NCBI GenBank assembly: GCA_043228905.1
Contig: JBHGNT010000003.1
Span: 10,168,001 to 10,232,000, forward strand
Origin: Azolla caroliniana
Taxonomy: Eukaryota; Plantae; Polypodiophyta
Direction of reading: 5' to 3'
Length of the DNA: 64,000 nucleotides
Shown here: positions 47,150 through 58,839 of the stretch, piece after piece
Position numbering within the stretch: position 1 is the first letter of the stretch
Layout: each line of letters begins with the position of its first letter
Notes under the pieces: generated by a model
What the model saw: only the letters and a program-made list of their open reading frames with translations
Told to the model about the DNA's origin: nothing
The model's database searches: none
Made by a program: the position numbers and the translations under genes

Positions 47150-50100
47150 ATGTGGAGAAAAATGATCATCCTCTAATATCGATAAATTAGATGGTGTTAC
47201 AACATTGTCATCATAACCAATTGCCTCCTTTAATCAACTCACATGGAATACGGGATGAACCATCACATTGGAAGGCTAATCCAAACGATAAGCATTGGGA
47301 CCTATATGTTTTAAAACTTTATATGATCCACAATACCATGGGGCTAATTTTGCACGCGGTCTTGTTCTCAATGTTTCTGAGTCCTTAGGAACACGTAGAA
47401 AAACTTGTCCTACGTGAAATTCCCTTGGTTTTCTATCATGATTCGCATAAAAGACATTTCTATCCCACACCATCTTAAGGTTTTCTTCTGCCAATTTACA
47501 TGCTTCAAGGATATCAGACAGAAAATCCTTTGTACTATCCAAAGTATGTGAATCAAACGAAACATCAATAGGAGGACGTGGCGTATAACCATACATCAAC
47601 CTGAACGGACTGTATTTTGTTAATGTATGCTTAGCGCTGTTGTAGGCAAATTCCACCATAGGAAGGTAAGTCTCCCATAATGAGGGTTTTTGCACTACAT
47701 ATGCTCTCAACATATCCTCTAATATCTGATTCACTCTCTTAGTCTGCCCATCTAACTGAGGATGATCAGAATAACTGAGACTCAAGGTTGTTTGCAGTTT
47801 ATGGATAACTTCTGACCAAAATGTACTTGTAAACTTGAAGTCTTGATCACTTACAATCTCCATCGGTAGACCATATAAGCTATAAAGATGTTTAATAACT
47901 TAGTAGCCAATTGTTTTGCAGTAATTGTTGATTTTGTTGGAATGAATCTTGCCATCTTGGTAAGCCAATCAACAACCACCCAAATGGCATTATTTCCCTC
48001 AACGGAACGAGGTAATCCAACTATGAAATCCATGGATATACTTTGCCACTTTTCAATTGGAATATCGAGAGGTTGCAATAAGCCAACTTTTTTCTATCGC
48101 TCGGCCTTAATGACCTGACATTGAGGACAACGAATGACATAGGTCTCTACCTTAGGTTTCATTTTTGGCCAGAAAAACCTAACTTTAATCAAAGCTAATG
48201 TTCTTTGCACACCTGGATGTCCAGCAGAAGGGGCATCATGACATTCATACAGAATTTTATTCTTGATGTCCTTTATGTGTGGTATGTAAACCTTACTATT
48301 GCGGTACAATAACCCATTTGCAACATAGTAAAGGTTCTTCGGGGTAGATGTGGTTCCATGATCAACGTCAATACCTGTTTCAGCTCTCTTCTAGAACTTC
48401 AAAAATGTTCTGTCATCAAGGTATTTTTGTTTACCCCGGATCAAATCATATAAGTCGTCGTTAAATTCCATGAAACTTAGGGCATTAATTTCTGGAATAC
48501 GACTCAGGGCATCTACAACGGAATTCAAATCCCCTTTTCAGTATCTAATTTCGAAATCGAAGTCTTGCATCAACTCCGCCCATCTTGCCTTTCAACCCTC
48601 AAAATTCTTTTGAGAGAGGAAGTATTGCAAGGATTTGTGATCCGTTATAACAGTAAATTTACTACCATATAAATAATGTTGCTTCTTTAAGGCGTAAATA
48701 ATAGCAAATAATTCTTTTTCTTGAACCAAGCAATTTCTTTGGGCCAAATCCAATTTTTTGCTTTCAAAATCAAAAGCAATCGGTCTCCCAATTTGACATA
48801 ATACAGCCCCAATAGCATAATCACTTGCATCCGTCTCAACTTCAAATGTTTGATTAGGATTAGGTATAGCTAAAGTAGGTGCATTCACAATTAATGACTT
48901 CAAATTATTGAAGGTTTCTTCAAGAGAGGCATTCCACTGAATAGGTTTAGTGGACTTTCTTGTAATACCCTTCAATAGGTCCGTAAATGGTGCAGTGTAG
49001 GATGAATAGTTTTGAAGAGATCTTCTTAGGAATCCAACAAATCCTAAGAAAGATAGTAGCTCTTTGACATTTGAAGGTCGTGGCCAATTTAATACTGCTT
49101 CTATCTTAGATTTATCAATAGACACACCCGACCTAGATATGTGGTGTCCAAGATACATAATCTCCTTTCGAAAAAAATCACATTTAGATTGTTTGGCAAA
49201 TAGCTTGTATTCATGAAGCTTGTCCAAAACTATTAAAACTATATGATCCTCAAATGTATTACTATATACCATGATATCATCAAGGAATACGACCATGAAA
49301 TCACCAAGTTGATCTCTGAATATATCATTCACCAATTGCTGGAATGTGGCTGGAGCATCAGTCAACCCAAATGGTAGAACCCGAAACTCATAATGACCAT
49401 AACGAGTTCGGAAAGCTGTTTTGGAAACATCTTCTTCCAAAACCCTGATCTGATGATAGCCAGTGCGCAAGTCTATCTTAGTAAAATATCTTGCACTTTG
49501 GAGTTTATCTATCAAGTCATCAAAACAAGGCAAAGGGTAGGAATTGCGAATGGTGAGTTTATTCAAACCTTTTTAATTCACATACATTCGCCAAGTTCCA
49601 TCCTTCTTCGTGGCTAAGATGAGGGAGCTCCCCATGGCGATTTACTGTACCGGATGTGTCCCATCCTCAAGTATTCCTTGATTTGTCGCGCAATTTCATC
49701 CTCTTCGGTTCGACTCAACCGATATGGGGGTATGCTCATAGGTTTAGCGCCTGCAACCAAGTTTATCTTGTGATCTATAGACCGAGAAGGAGGTAGTCCT
49801 TGAGGTACCTTATCCGGGAATATCTCCTTAAAATTCGACAAGATATCACGTAGAGCATCTTTCTCAAAATCATCCAATGAACTCTTATCTACAAATTGAT
49901 ACAGAGGATCATTGGGCTCTAATATACATGCATAAAATTGTGCATCAACATTTTGATCATAAGCATAAAGATGATTAACAGACATTAAATTATTTATCGC
50001 AATCCCATGAATAAAAACTTGTTGGTTGTTATTTCCTTCAAAAGAAATAGTATGATTCAGCCAATCGATATAAAGACAATGTCTATTATAAAACCATATG

Positions 50101-53100
50101 TAACCAAGAACTACATCTACCGTTCGTAAACACATTACATGAAAAGTCAACTTTTCATTGTAGTTATTTATTATTAGGGGTACTTTATGTGCAATTAATG
50201 AATGCCTTTGGACATGGGCTCCCGCAGTAAGGACTTTGTAGTCGTGGTCACTTTTGGTTGTTTTTATATGTAATATCTGCACATATTAGAGTCAAGAAAA
50301 TTATGAGTGCTACCACAGTCAAATAATAAGTTACATTTTGATTGTGGATAGTCCCATAAGTTTTAAGTAAATCGTGTGGTTCAAGAATATTTTTTTGTAA
50401 TGCAATAGAACTAACGGAATTCAAATAATTCAAGAACATACTTGGATTATTGGAAGTTGATGGCTTTCTTTGTGGATTGTTGGAGTTACCGCTCTCCTTT
50501 CTCCACCTACACTCGTTGGCTTTATGCCCAGGCTTCTTACAAAAGTTGCAGATTATTACCCGCCTTTTCGCATTGTTGTCTTGACCTATCAGAGAAGGTT
50601 GGTATCTACGTTTACCGCTTTCTCCTTCCGACTCTTTTGGTTAGTAACGAGCTTTTTTGTTAAACAGAATTTGGGCACGTTCCATCGCTTCTCCCAAGGT
50701 CTTGGGTTGATGAGTGTGGATCTCATAATGAAAATCTTTATTATGAAAACAATTAATATATAATCCTATCAATATTTCCTCATTAGATGCTGACAAAAGT
50801 CCATGCTTTGTTATCAAGTCAGAAATACTGATTGAATTGGTCAATAGTCCTGCCCTTATCTGGCAAGTGACACATATCCTGTATCACTTGAGAATTCGTC
50901 TTGGGACAGACAAATTCCATCCTGAGAGTCTTTTCAAATGCCTCCCACGTTCCCGGTTTTCTATCCAACCACTCCCACCATGAGTTTGCGGCACCGATCA
51001 TCTCACAAACTGCCATATCAATCTTTTTAGAGTCATTCTGAATATTCTTGAGGAGATACACAAACTCGTGGTTGTGTTGCTTATCCCTTCCCTAGAACTA
51101 TTGAGGAGTAAACGAAGGTTTCTTTGTATTGCTTCATCTGGAAGAGTGTGCCTTTAACTCCAAAATTTGTTGTTGAAGGTTTTCAAATTGATGCCTATTG
51201 GCATCAAGAAGCCCTTCAAGTTTGGAGGAGAACGCAGTTGTGATCATTGTCATTGACTTGGTCGATCGTCCTCATCTCGCACGCTTTGACGATCGGCCCG
51301 TGTCCACACTCCACCTTCTCGTTAGCCTCCGGATTGTACGCTGTGGTGAGTGAGACTTTAATCCCTAGCCGGTCAAACAGCTCTTCCGCCTCTTGCGTGT
51401 CCAATTCTCTGCGGTCGGCCACAATCTTACCTACGCACCCGTACCGGCATACCACTTCTTCGATCAGAAATTAGCACACGGCCGCGGTCGTTTTGTTCTG
51501 CAACGCTCGACCTTCCACCTGGTTCGTCAAGTCCTCCCGAGCCAGCACCAGATACCGCATCTGCCCTACCCCCATCAGCATCATCACCAGATCCACCATC
51601 CACTTGAAGTGGACGGTCGGAGGGTAGGTCGGGTGAAGCTCGTCCCGATATCGGACTATGGAGTGCACCTGACAGCTTTCGCAAGTCGTCACGAACCGAT
51701 GCAAGTCCCGGTATAGCCCCGGTCACCAGTACTTCCCCTTTAGCTTCTCGAATGTGGCCCACATTCCGCGGCGTCCGGCCCAGGGACACTCGTGGTATGC
51801 CATCAACAATTCTTCCTGTTTCTCTCTCCTCGCCACCACTTGGAGCGGGATGCCATTTCTCTTCTTCGGGTGCTTCCATATGCTCCCGTCCCGTACGAAG
51901 AATCGGTACGCTTTCTTCTAAATCCGGTTGGTCTCTTCCTTCGTCCACGCCGCGTCCGGTGTCAAATTCGTTAAGCGCCGGAGTACTCCCCTTTCTTGTT
52001 GTTACGTTAGCTGACCCAAAGAAGTCCTCGCCGACTTCTTCGTTATCCGAAACCATGTCGTCCTCATTGCGGAACCGCGCCCTTGAAAGCATATCAGCCA
52101 TGGCGTTATCCTTTCTGGAGATGTGCCGTATCTTCGGGTTCAGGGACTTAATGTACGCAATCCACCTGAGCATCACCAAGTCCGGAGTCACGCATCCGGA
52201 AACCATACCCAGAATTGGTAGGCAGTCCGTCTTGATGATCACTTCCATCCTAATCAAATAGTCCTTGTCGGCCTTGACTGCCGAAACGATACCCCATAGC
52301 TTGCGCTTGATTTGGGCGTATCCTCGCTGCCACTCGCTCAATACCTTTGACCCGAACTGAATCGGGAATCGTACACCATCTTCATCTTCCTGATTGATCA
52401 CCCACCCGATCCCGGTGGGGCTCGTGTCCACCGTCACGTAAATGGGGACTTCCTTGCTGTCAACTGCTTTCCGGAGAGCCGGTGACGCGGCAAGTGCCTT
52501 CTTCCGTCTCCAGACCGAATCCGTGTGCTTGTCTCTCCACTCAAATTTACGCCCTTTCTTCAGCAACCCGAAAGCGGTTCCGCGACATGCGCGTAGTGCG
52601 AAATCTAGATGTGATAGAACGCTCCGTTGATTTCCTCTTTAGGGCCGAGGACTCCGCATGCCCGAAGTCGCTCCTCCACCCGCCTCTTTTCCCGGCCAAC
52701 TACGTCGGCTATCGTATAGCCTCCGCTATCGGAGAACCAAAATTTCCTACCTATGGCACAAGTCTTTTTGCCTATAGTACATCTGGTCGGTTTTTCCGGG
52801 GTGTCCAGATTATCGCGGCCCCACGCCTTGATAGCCCTCTCTAAAAATCCCCTAGGTTTTCGCCACCGAAGGTCTCATGGTTCGGTCGCACCATCAGGAA
52901 CTGGATCGAGTGACGCCCATCCTGGCTCTTGACTCGTGCATATGCCGAACCATTTTCCAGCACCTTTGTCTCCATGCGCGCCACCGTGATGTACGATTCT
53001 CTGAGTATCACCAGATGTGAGGACGTCTCCTGCACGAAGAAGTGTTGATCGATCTCGACATCACCGATTTTCACTCGTACATTCGGGTAGGCTCCGTGTA

Positions 53101-53500
53101 GCTCCTCCGTGGCGCGCATTGTTCCCCATATCTTCCACCTGTGCTTGGTGTTGATCGGCCACTTTCCCTTCTTGTAGAAGTCCATGGACATCAAGTTGAT
53201 CTCCGAACCGTGGTCTACCAACACCACCACCGGCTCGTGGACGTCCCCGATCCGAGCAGGGGTTTCCATAGTGGCCCTAGCCCAATGTAGCCTCAAGTAG
53301 TAGCTTTCTGCCAATTCGTCCTCTAGGGCCATGTCTTCTAGGTGCGTCGTTCGCACCTCCACCGGTGTCAGGAACTCTATTAAGGCAGAGAAGGAATTAG
53401 TACTAAAAGAAGGATTAGTACTATTGTTGGGGAATAGTACTAAGACAGAGAAGGATTAGTACTATGAGAGGTGTCGAACTTTGAGAGAAGGAATGAGTGA

Positions 53501-53550
<50 letters not shown>

Positions 53551-53828
53551 GCGAAAGATATATGTATTATATGAAGGAAGATATACAACAGTAGTTAGAA
53601 GGCTTAAGACTGGCGTTGAACCGATTTGGTTCGAACTAATGCCTTGCGCCTCCTTTTATAGTGTCTTCAGGAATACTCCTGAAGTTTCTAGAATGTTCCA
53701 GAGAAATCTGGAATATACATCAATTTCCCAATAAAACCTAAATGAAAATAATATCCTTCAAATTACAATTCATAACCTAATGGTAAAGTCTCGACCCGTG
53801 TAACAAAAGGTTATGGGTTCGAGTCTAG

Positions 53829-56800
53829 TTATGACACTATCCCCCCTTTAAAACGACGAGTTCCACGAGTCGTTTTGGATTGAGGACCCGGTTTCTCGGG
53901 ATATCGTCGATGGAAGTCTTCTAGAAGAGCACGAGCATTGGTCACATTCTCGATCGGTTCCCAAGTACGCTCGCTGGGACTATATCCTAGCCAATCGACT
54001 AGATAGTAGAGCTTGTTGCGAACAATCTTGGAATCGAGGATGGCAGCGACCTCATATTCAGGTCCATCTTCGAGCTCGATAGGAGGTGGTGGTTGTATAG
54101 TACGTCCTGGGATAGTGCTCTCGTGATAGGGTTCGAGGAGAGAACTATGAAACACCGGATGTATCCGAAGTTGCGGAGGTAGCTCGAGACGAAAAGCGAC
54201 ATCATTAATCTTCCCGATAATACGGAAAGGACCTAATCGCCGATAATCCAACTTCTCACATGGGCGAGTAGTCTTGATGTGTCGTCGTAGCAGCCACACC
54301 CGATCTCCAATGTTAAAACTGGATGGAAGTCGATGACGATCTGCGTAGTCCTTGTGTGATTGTTGAGCTTGCTGGAGTTGAGTAGATAAATCCGCTTGTA
54401 TCTTGCGTAACCGCTCCAAACGATCCTCCGCGCAAGGATTTGTGGACACTTCTGGGGTTTCAAGGACACACCACCGGGGATGATATCCCGTATAAGCGTA
54501 GAATGGCGTGACTTTAGTCGATGCGTGGATAGCGTTATTATAGGCAAATTCGGCGAACTGAAGAATATCTGCCCAGTCATTCTGATGATAGTTGAGAAAG
54601 CACCGCAGATACTGCTCCAGTGTTTGATTTGTTCGTTCGGCTTGACCGTCGGTTTGTGGGTGGTAGCCGGAGGAGAGGTTACAAGTGACCTTCAGCATTT
54701 TAAAAAGGTGCTTCCAGAATTTTGACACAAACTGAGGTCCACGATCGCTGATGATATTATCAGGGAGTCCATGATGCCGACATACTTCCCGCATGACAAT
54801 TTCGGCGGTGTCTTCACTAGATATTTCTTTAGTACATGGTAAGAAATGAGCCATCTTCGTATATCGATCCACCACTGTGAGAATCGCACTGAATCCCTGA
54901 GAGACTGGAAGATCTGTAATGAAGTCAAGAGCAATGGATTGCCATGGCTTGCTTGGAATTGGTAATGGTTCTAATAAACCATATGGATGATGTCTTGGCA
55001 TTTTCGCTCTGCAGCATGTATCGCAAGTCCGAACAAAATCTTCGACAAATTGTCGCATACGGGGCCACCAGAATGATCGTTGTACTAAATCTAATGTTTT
55101 AGTACTACCAAAATGTCCTGCTGTATATGTGTCATGGCAATTTTGTACTACTCGAAGGCGGCAAGAACCATTAGGAACATACAAAAGTTCTTTAAAGAAG
55201 AGTAATCCATCACAGTATTTGAATTGCCGATAATCCGTACCTGGTGATTGTGATTGTGAACATGACGCTCGAGAGGGGTCAATTTGTGCTAGTATAGCTT
55301 GGGCGAAAGCGTCAGTCTTCAAGTCCTCACGTATAGTATTGGTAATGTCGGAATCCACGGGTATGTCAAAGACCTGTGCTGCTTGCAGTCGTGCTGGACC
55401 CAAGATTACTTGCTTCTGGTTATCGAAAGCTGGCTCACCGGGACGTGGTGTTAGATACGAACGCCGTGATAATGCATCTGCCTTCCCTTGGTGCTTCCCC
55501 GGACGATATGTAATTTTGAAGTCGAAGCGTGTGAGGAAGTGGGCCCACCGAGCTTGACGTCGATTCAGTACACGAGCATCTTGAAAGTAGGCAAGGTTCT
55601 TGTGGTCACTGAATACAGTGACCTGATGAGGAGATCCCTCCAGGAAATGCCTCCATTGCATAAAAGAATCAACTATTGCTAATAGCTCTTTATCATGAAT
55701 TTCGTAGTTGATTTCGGCGGCGTCAAACTTACGGGAGTGGAAAGCCACAGGATGTAGCTTCTCGTCGTTACCCTGTTGTGACAGAATGCTCCCCAATGCG
55801 AAATCCGATGCGTCAGCTTCGATAATGAATGGTTTTTCCGGATCCACATGACCTAAAATTGGAGCTGATGTAAACGCCTTCTTAAGACTCTCGAAAGCCA
55901 TGTCCGTCTCTTTAGACCAAATGAATGATTGTCCCTTCCTGGTGAGCTGTGTGAGAGGCAGCACAATTTTTGAGTAATTTTGTATGAACTTCCGGTAAAA
56001 ATTTGCAAAGCCTAGGAAACATTGCACATCCCGCACCGAATGCGGAGTGTGCCATTCTATCACCGTTTTGACCTTGGCTGGGTCCATAGATATGCCTTCT
56101 GAGGAGATGACATAGCCGAGAAATTCCACTTGGTTGCACCCGAAACTACATTTCTCTAACTTTGCATACAGACCATGTTCTCGAAGTCGTTTTAGTACTA
56201 ATAGTACATGAGAATCATGTTCTTCTTGGGTCTTTGAATAAACCAGTAGATCATCCAAATAGATGATCAAAAAATCATCCAAGAGATCTCGAAATATATC
56301 ATTCGCCATGTGCTGGAAGACTGCCGGCGCATTAGTGAGTCCGAACGGCATGACCGTATACTCGAAGTGCCCATATCTGGTGCGAAACGCGGTCTTCCAT
56401 TCATCTCCTGGTCGGATCCTTACGAGGTTATAGGCTCCTCGTAAGTCGATCTTCGTGAAGAACCTGGCACCGTTGATCCGTTCTAAAAGACTTGAGATAA
56501 GGGGAAGAGCATACCTATTTCTTACTGTGACTTTATTCAAGCCACGGTAATCTACAACGAGTCGAAGCGAGCCATCTTTTTTCTTGACGAAGAAAATGGG
56601 TGCGCCGGCTGGAGATTTCGAATGCCGAATGAAACCGTTCTCCAAATTCTCCTCTATATAGGCTCGAAGGACTTCTAGCTCGGTTGGTGACAAATTGTAG
56701 ATCGGCCCCCATGGCGGCTCTTTTCCCGGTTGTAAGTCGATGGCGCAATCGTACGGCCGATGATGAGGAAGTGTGTTGGCTTGTACTTTATCGAACACAT

Positions 56801-57425
56801 CAGCATACTGACGATACTTCTCGGGAAGTTGAACGGTGGACTCCTCTTTGGTGGTGCTGGAGGGTTGTACTGATATTGCGAAGAGAAACATTTCCTCCTT
56901 GCGCCCTTCCTCACGCAACTGACGTAGCGAAATGGTTGCAACCTTCTGGGTAGGTCCTTGGGTTTGTTGCAACCGGATTTCCCTTGTCCTCCAATCTATG
57001 TCTGGGTTATGTAACTCGAACCATGGTAATCCTAAAACTATGGGGTGTTCTGGAATACTAATAATATTAAATGATACTACACATGTTAAGTTATCTAGGA
57101 CAATATTAACGGGTTCCGACTCTTCTATGATATTACCAGAAGCAATGGGACGACCATCAATGACTACTACTGAGGCTGGACATGGGAGCTTTCTGAGAGA
57201 TATCTGATGAGCTCGGGCAAAATTCCTATCCATGAAGCAAGAATTAGCTCCGGAATCTAGAAGGGCTAAGGTATGTACTGGAGGGGTACTTTTAGTACTA
57301 ACTGCTACTTGGGCTACGAACACATCACTAACTTGCTTAGAGGGAATGGAACCACTAATGGGCTGCACAGATCTAGGGCTGTCCAACCAAACGGCTCCTA
57401 TTTTGGCTGGACTTAGTCGTTTAAC
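53829..57425 (-). CDS. pol: Pol (PR-RT-RH-INT-chromodomain), in the -1 frame relative to gag
   Basis: 1185-aa open frame with LLDSGA, IYLDDLL, ADASDFALG, HHCC zinc finger, ISDRG, GPF and YEVAAILDS...YLVDWLGY...TWEP. No ATG start, and the frame overlaps the gag end. Confidence 0.96.
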   Translation of the reverse strand, partial: VKRLSPAKIGAVWLDSPRSVQPISGSIPSKQVSDVFVAQVAVSTKSTPPVHTLALLDSGANSCFMDRNFARAHQISLRKLPCPASVVVIDGRPIASGNIIEESEPVNIVLDNLTCVVSFNIISIPEHPIVLGLPWFELHNPDIDWRTREIRLQQTQGPTQKVATISLRQLREEGRKEEMFLFAISVQPSSTTKEESTVQLPEKYRQYADVFDKVQANTLPHHRPYDCAIDLQPGKEPPWGPIYNLSPTELEVLRAYIEENLENGFIRHSKSPAGAPIFFVKKKDGSLRLVVDYRGLNKVTVRNRYALPLISSLLERINGARFFTKIDLRGAYNLVRIRPGDEWKTAFRTRYGHFEYTVMPFGLTNAPAVFQHMANDIFRDLLDDFLIIYLDDLLVYSKTQEEHDSHVLLVLKRLREHGLYAKLEKCSFGCNQVEFLGYVISSEGISMDPAKVKTVIEWHTPHSVRDVQCFLGFANFYRKFIQNYSKIVLPLTQLTRKGQSFIWSKETDMAFESLKKAFTSAPILGHVDPEKPFIIEADASDFALGSILSQQGNDEKLHPVAFHSRKFDAAEINYEIHDKELLAIVDSFMQWRHFLEGSPHQVTVFSDHKNLAYFQDARVLNRRQARWAHFLTRFDFKITYRPGKHQGKADALSRRSYLTPRPGEPAFDNQKQVILGPARLQAAQVFDIPVDSDITNTIREDLKTDAFAQAILAQIDPSRASCSQSQSPGTDYRQFKYCDGLLFFKELLYVPNGSCRLRVVQNCHDTYTAGHFGSTKTLDLVQRSFWWPRMRQFVEDFVRTCDTCCRAKMPRHHPYGLLEPLPIPSKPWQSIALDFITDLPVSQGFSAILTVVDRYTKMAHFLPCTKEISSEDTAEIVMREVCRHHGLPDNIISDRGPQFVSKFWKHLFKMLKVTCNLSSGYHPQTDGQAERTNQTLEQYLRCFLNYHQNDWADILQFAEFAYNNAIHASTKVTPFYAYTGYHPRWCVLETPEVSTNPCAEDRLERLRKIQADLSTQLQQAQQSHKDYADRHRLPSSFNIGDRVWLLRRHIKTTRPCEKLDYRRLGPFRIIGKINDVAFRLELPPQLRIHPVFHSSLLEPYHESTIPGRTIQPPPPIELEDGPEYEVAAILDSKIVRNKLYYLVDWLGYSPSERTWEPIENVTNARALLEDFHRRYPEKPGPQSKTTRGTRRFKGGIVS
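57374..57425 (-). promoter_or_regulatory. Predicted -1 ribosomal frameshift signal
   Basis: G TTA AAC heptamer, 6-nt spacer, 11-bp stem GTCCAGCCAAA/TTTGGTTGGAC, and a loop able to pair with downstream GCCCTA. Confidence 0.8.
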
Positions 57426-58582
57426 TCTTCTTCTAATTGGCTAAGGACATCAAATTTGTTTGCGAGATTCAGACTATTAGTACTATTAGGACTATTATGA
57501 CTATGAGGACTATCAGAGATTCCTACTGAAATAGACTCAGGTTTAGTATAGTCAGAACTAACAACGACTTGGTTTACCTGCCTTCTTGGTCTATGGGGAC
57601 AGTTTATCGCGATATGCCCTGGTCCACCGCAATAAAGGCATAATCGGTTTGTTCGGCGTCGTTGCTTTTCCTCCTCCGATAGCGGCCCACGACGACGTGT
57701 AGTGTCAATTTCCATTGGAGTTGGAGTACTTACTGGAGGCGCATTATGTGACTCCCTTTGAAAAGGTTTTGCTACCACTGAGGCATAGGTAGGCTCGGAT
57801 CTTGCCCTCGGCATCTGAAATTGTCGTTCCGAACGTCGCTCGAAGAGGCGGTTGTCACATCTGACCGCTCGACTGATTGCTTCTGTTAATGATTTTGGCT
57901 CTTCAGGGAAAGTCAAGAGTAAATCCTTGACATCGTTGCGTAGACCATAGCGGAACTGCTCCATCAATGCTTGATCATCCCAGGGGATATCGGCGGCGAG
58001 TAGGCGGAAATCTGCAGCATATGCGGAGGCTGGACGGTCACCTTGGCGTAATCGCCGGATTTTGTTGATTGCAGTCCTTATGCTGTCAGTATCTCCAAAA
58101 CATGCTTTAAACTCACTTATGAATTCTTCAAAATTATTTAGTACTGGAGATTCCTTTTCTAGTAGCGGAGCGAACCATGCTAATGCTGAGCCATTTAACA
58201 ACGTGCCTACTAAACCCACTCGTGATGCATCGGTGGGATATCGGGACGGATGCATTTGAATAACTAACCGTACCTGGTTAAGAAACCCTCTAAACTGCGA
58301 TCGCGTTCCATCGAACTTCGTGGGAAGGCCAATCTTGGGTTCTTTATGAATCCCTTGTGCTCCGTGCCCTTGTTGTTGCATTGCTACGATGGTTGCTTCG
58401 AGTTGTTGCACGCGTAACGCAAGTTCCCCATGCTGTTGTTGCGTTTGCTGCTTTTCTAAGGAAATTTGCTGAAGATCCCCCAACAAGCGTTGATTTTCTT
58501 GTTCCAAAGCATGAAACTTCTCTTTCAAGCATTGAAATTCCGAGAAAACGGATTGATACTCTTCAGCGCTAACGGTGGCCAT
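57413..58582 (-). CDS. gag: Gag, 389 aa, with CCHC knuckle
   Basis: PTKFDG, LLNGSALAW, LRQG, FRYGL and CLYCGGPGHIAINC. Confidence 0.96.
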   Translation of the reverse strand: MATVSAEEYQSVFSEFQCLKEKFHALEQENQRLLGDLQQISLEKQQTQQQHGELALRVQQLEATIVAMQQQGHGAQGIHKEPKIGLPTKFDGTRSQFRGFLNQVRLVIQMHPSRYPTDASRVGLVGTLLNGSALAWFAPLLEKESPVLNNFEEFISEFKACFGDTDSIRTAINKIRRLRQGDRPASAYAADFRLLAADIPWDDQALMEQFRYGLRNDVKDLLLTFPEEPKSLTEAISRAVRCDNRLFERRSERQFQMPRARSEPTYASVVAKPFQRESHNAPPVSTPTPMEIDTTRRRGPLSEEEKQRRRTNRLCLYCGGPGHIAINCPHRPRRQVNQVVVSSDYTKPESISVGISDSPHSHNSPNSTNSLNLANKFDVLSQLEEELND

Positions 58583-58646
58583 GGGATGAAGGAAAAGGGA
58601 AATAAGAGACTAGTAGGAAAGGAGGGAGAGAAAAGACCAGACAGCA

Positions 58647-58658
58647 AAATCGGTTCAA
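58647..58658 (-). promoter_or_regulatory. Self-priming (Tf1-type) primer-binding site of F
   Basis: TTGAACCGATTT is complementary to AAATCGGTTCAA at 58916-58905, 33 nt downstream of TATAAAA at 58949. Confidence 0.85.
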
Positions 58659-58795
58659 ACTGTCAGGAACTCTATTAAGGCAGAGAAGGAATTAGTACTA
58701 AAAGAAGGATTAGTACTATTGTTGGGGAATAGTACTAAGACAGAGAAGGATTAGTACTATGAGAGGTGTCGAACTTTGAGAGAAGGAATGAGTGA

Positions 58796-58839
<44 letters not shown>

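Larger units (their letters stand above)
37936..51215 (-). mobile_element. Old chromovirus G (gag-PR-RT-RH-INT-chromodomain, 3' LTR about 37936-38327), interrupted by Copia E and H
   Basis: ORFs from 47276 to 51061 carry KIDLRTGYHQI, VFLDDI, TDASDYAIG and SMDFIVGLP. The chromodomain reassembles across insertions as EDHFSPHEPEKILDHR...YKVKWK|DRLEEDNTWETE. PPT GGGGGGGAGTA at 38338-38328. No 5' LTR found. Confidence 0.85.

Noticed and set aside
53546-53734. Identical 62-aa ORFs here and at 58835-59023
   Set aside because: They simply reflect the two identical LTRs of F and show no coding signature.
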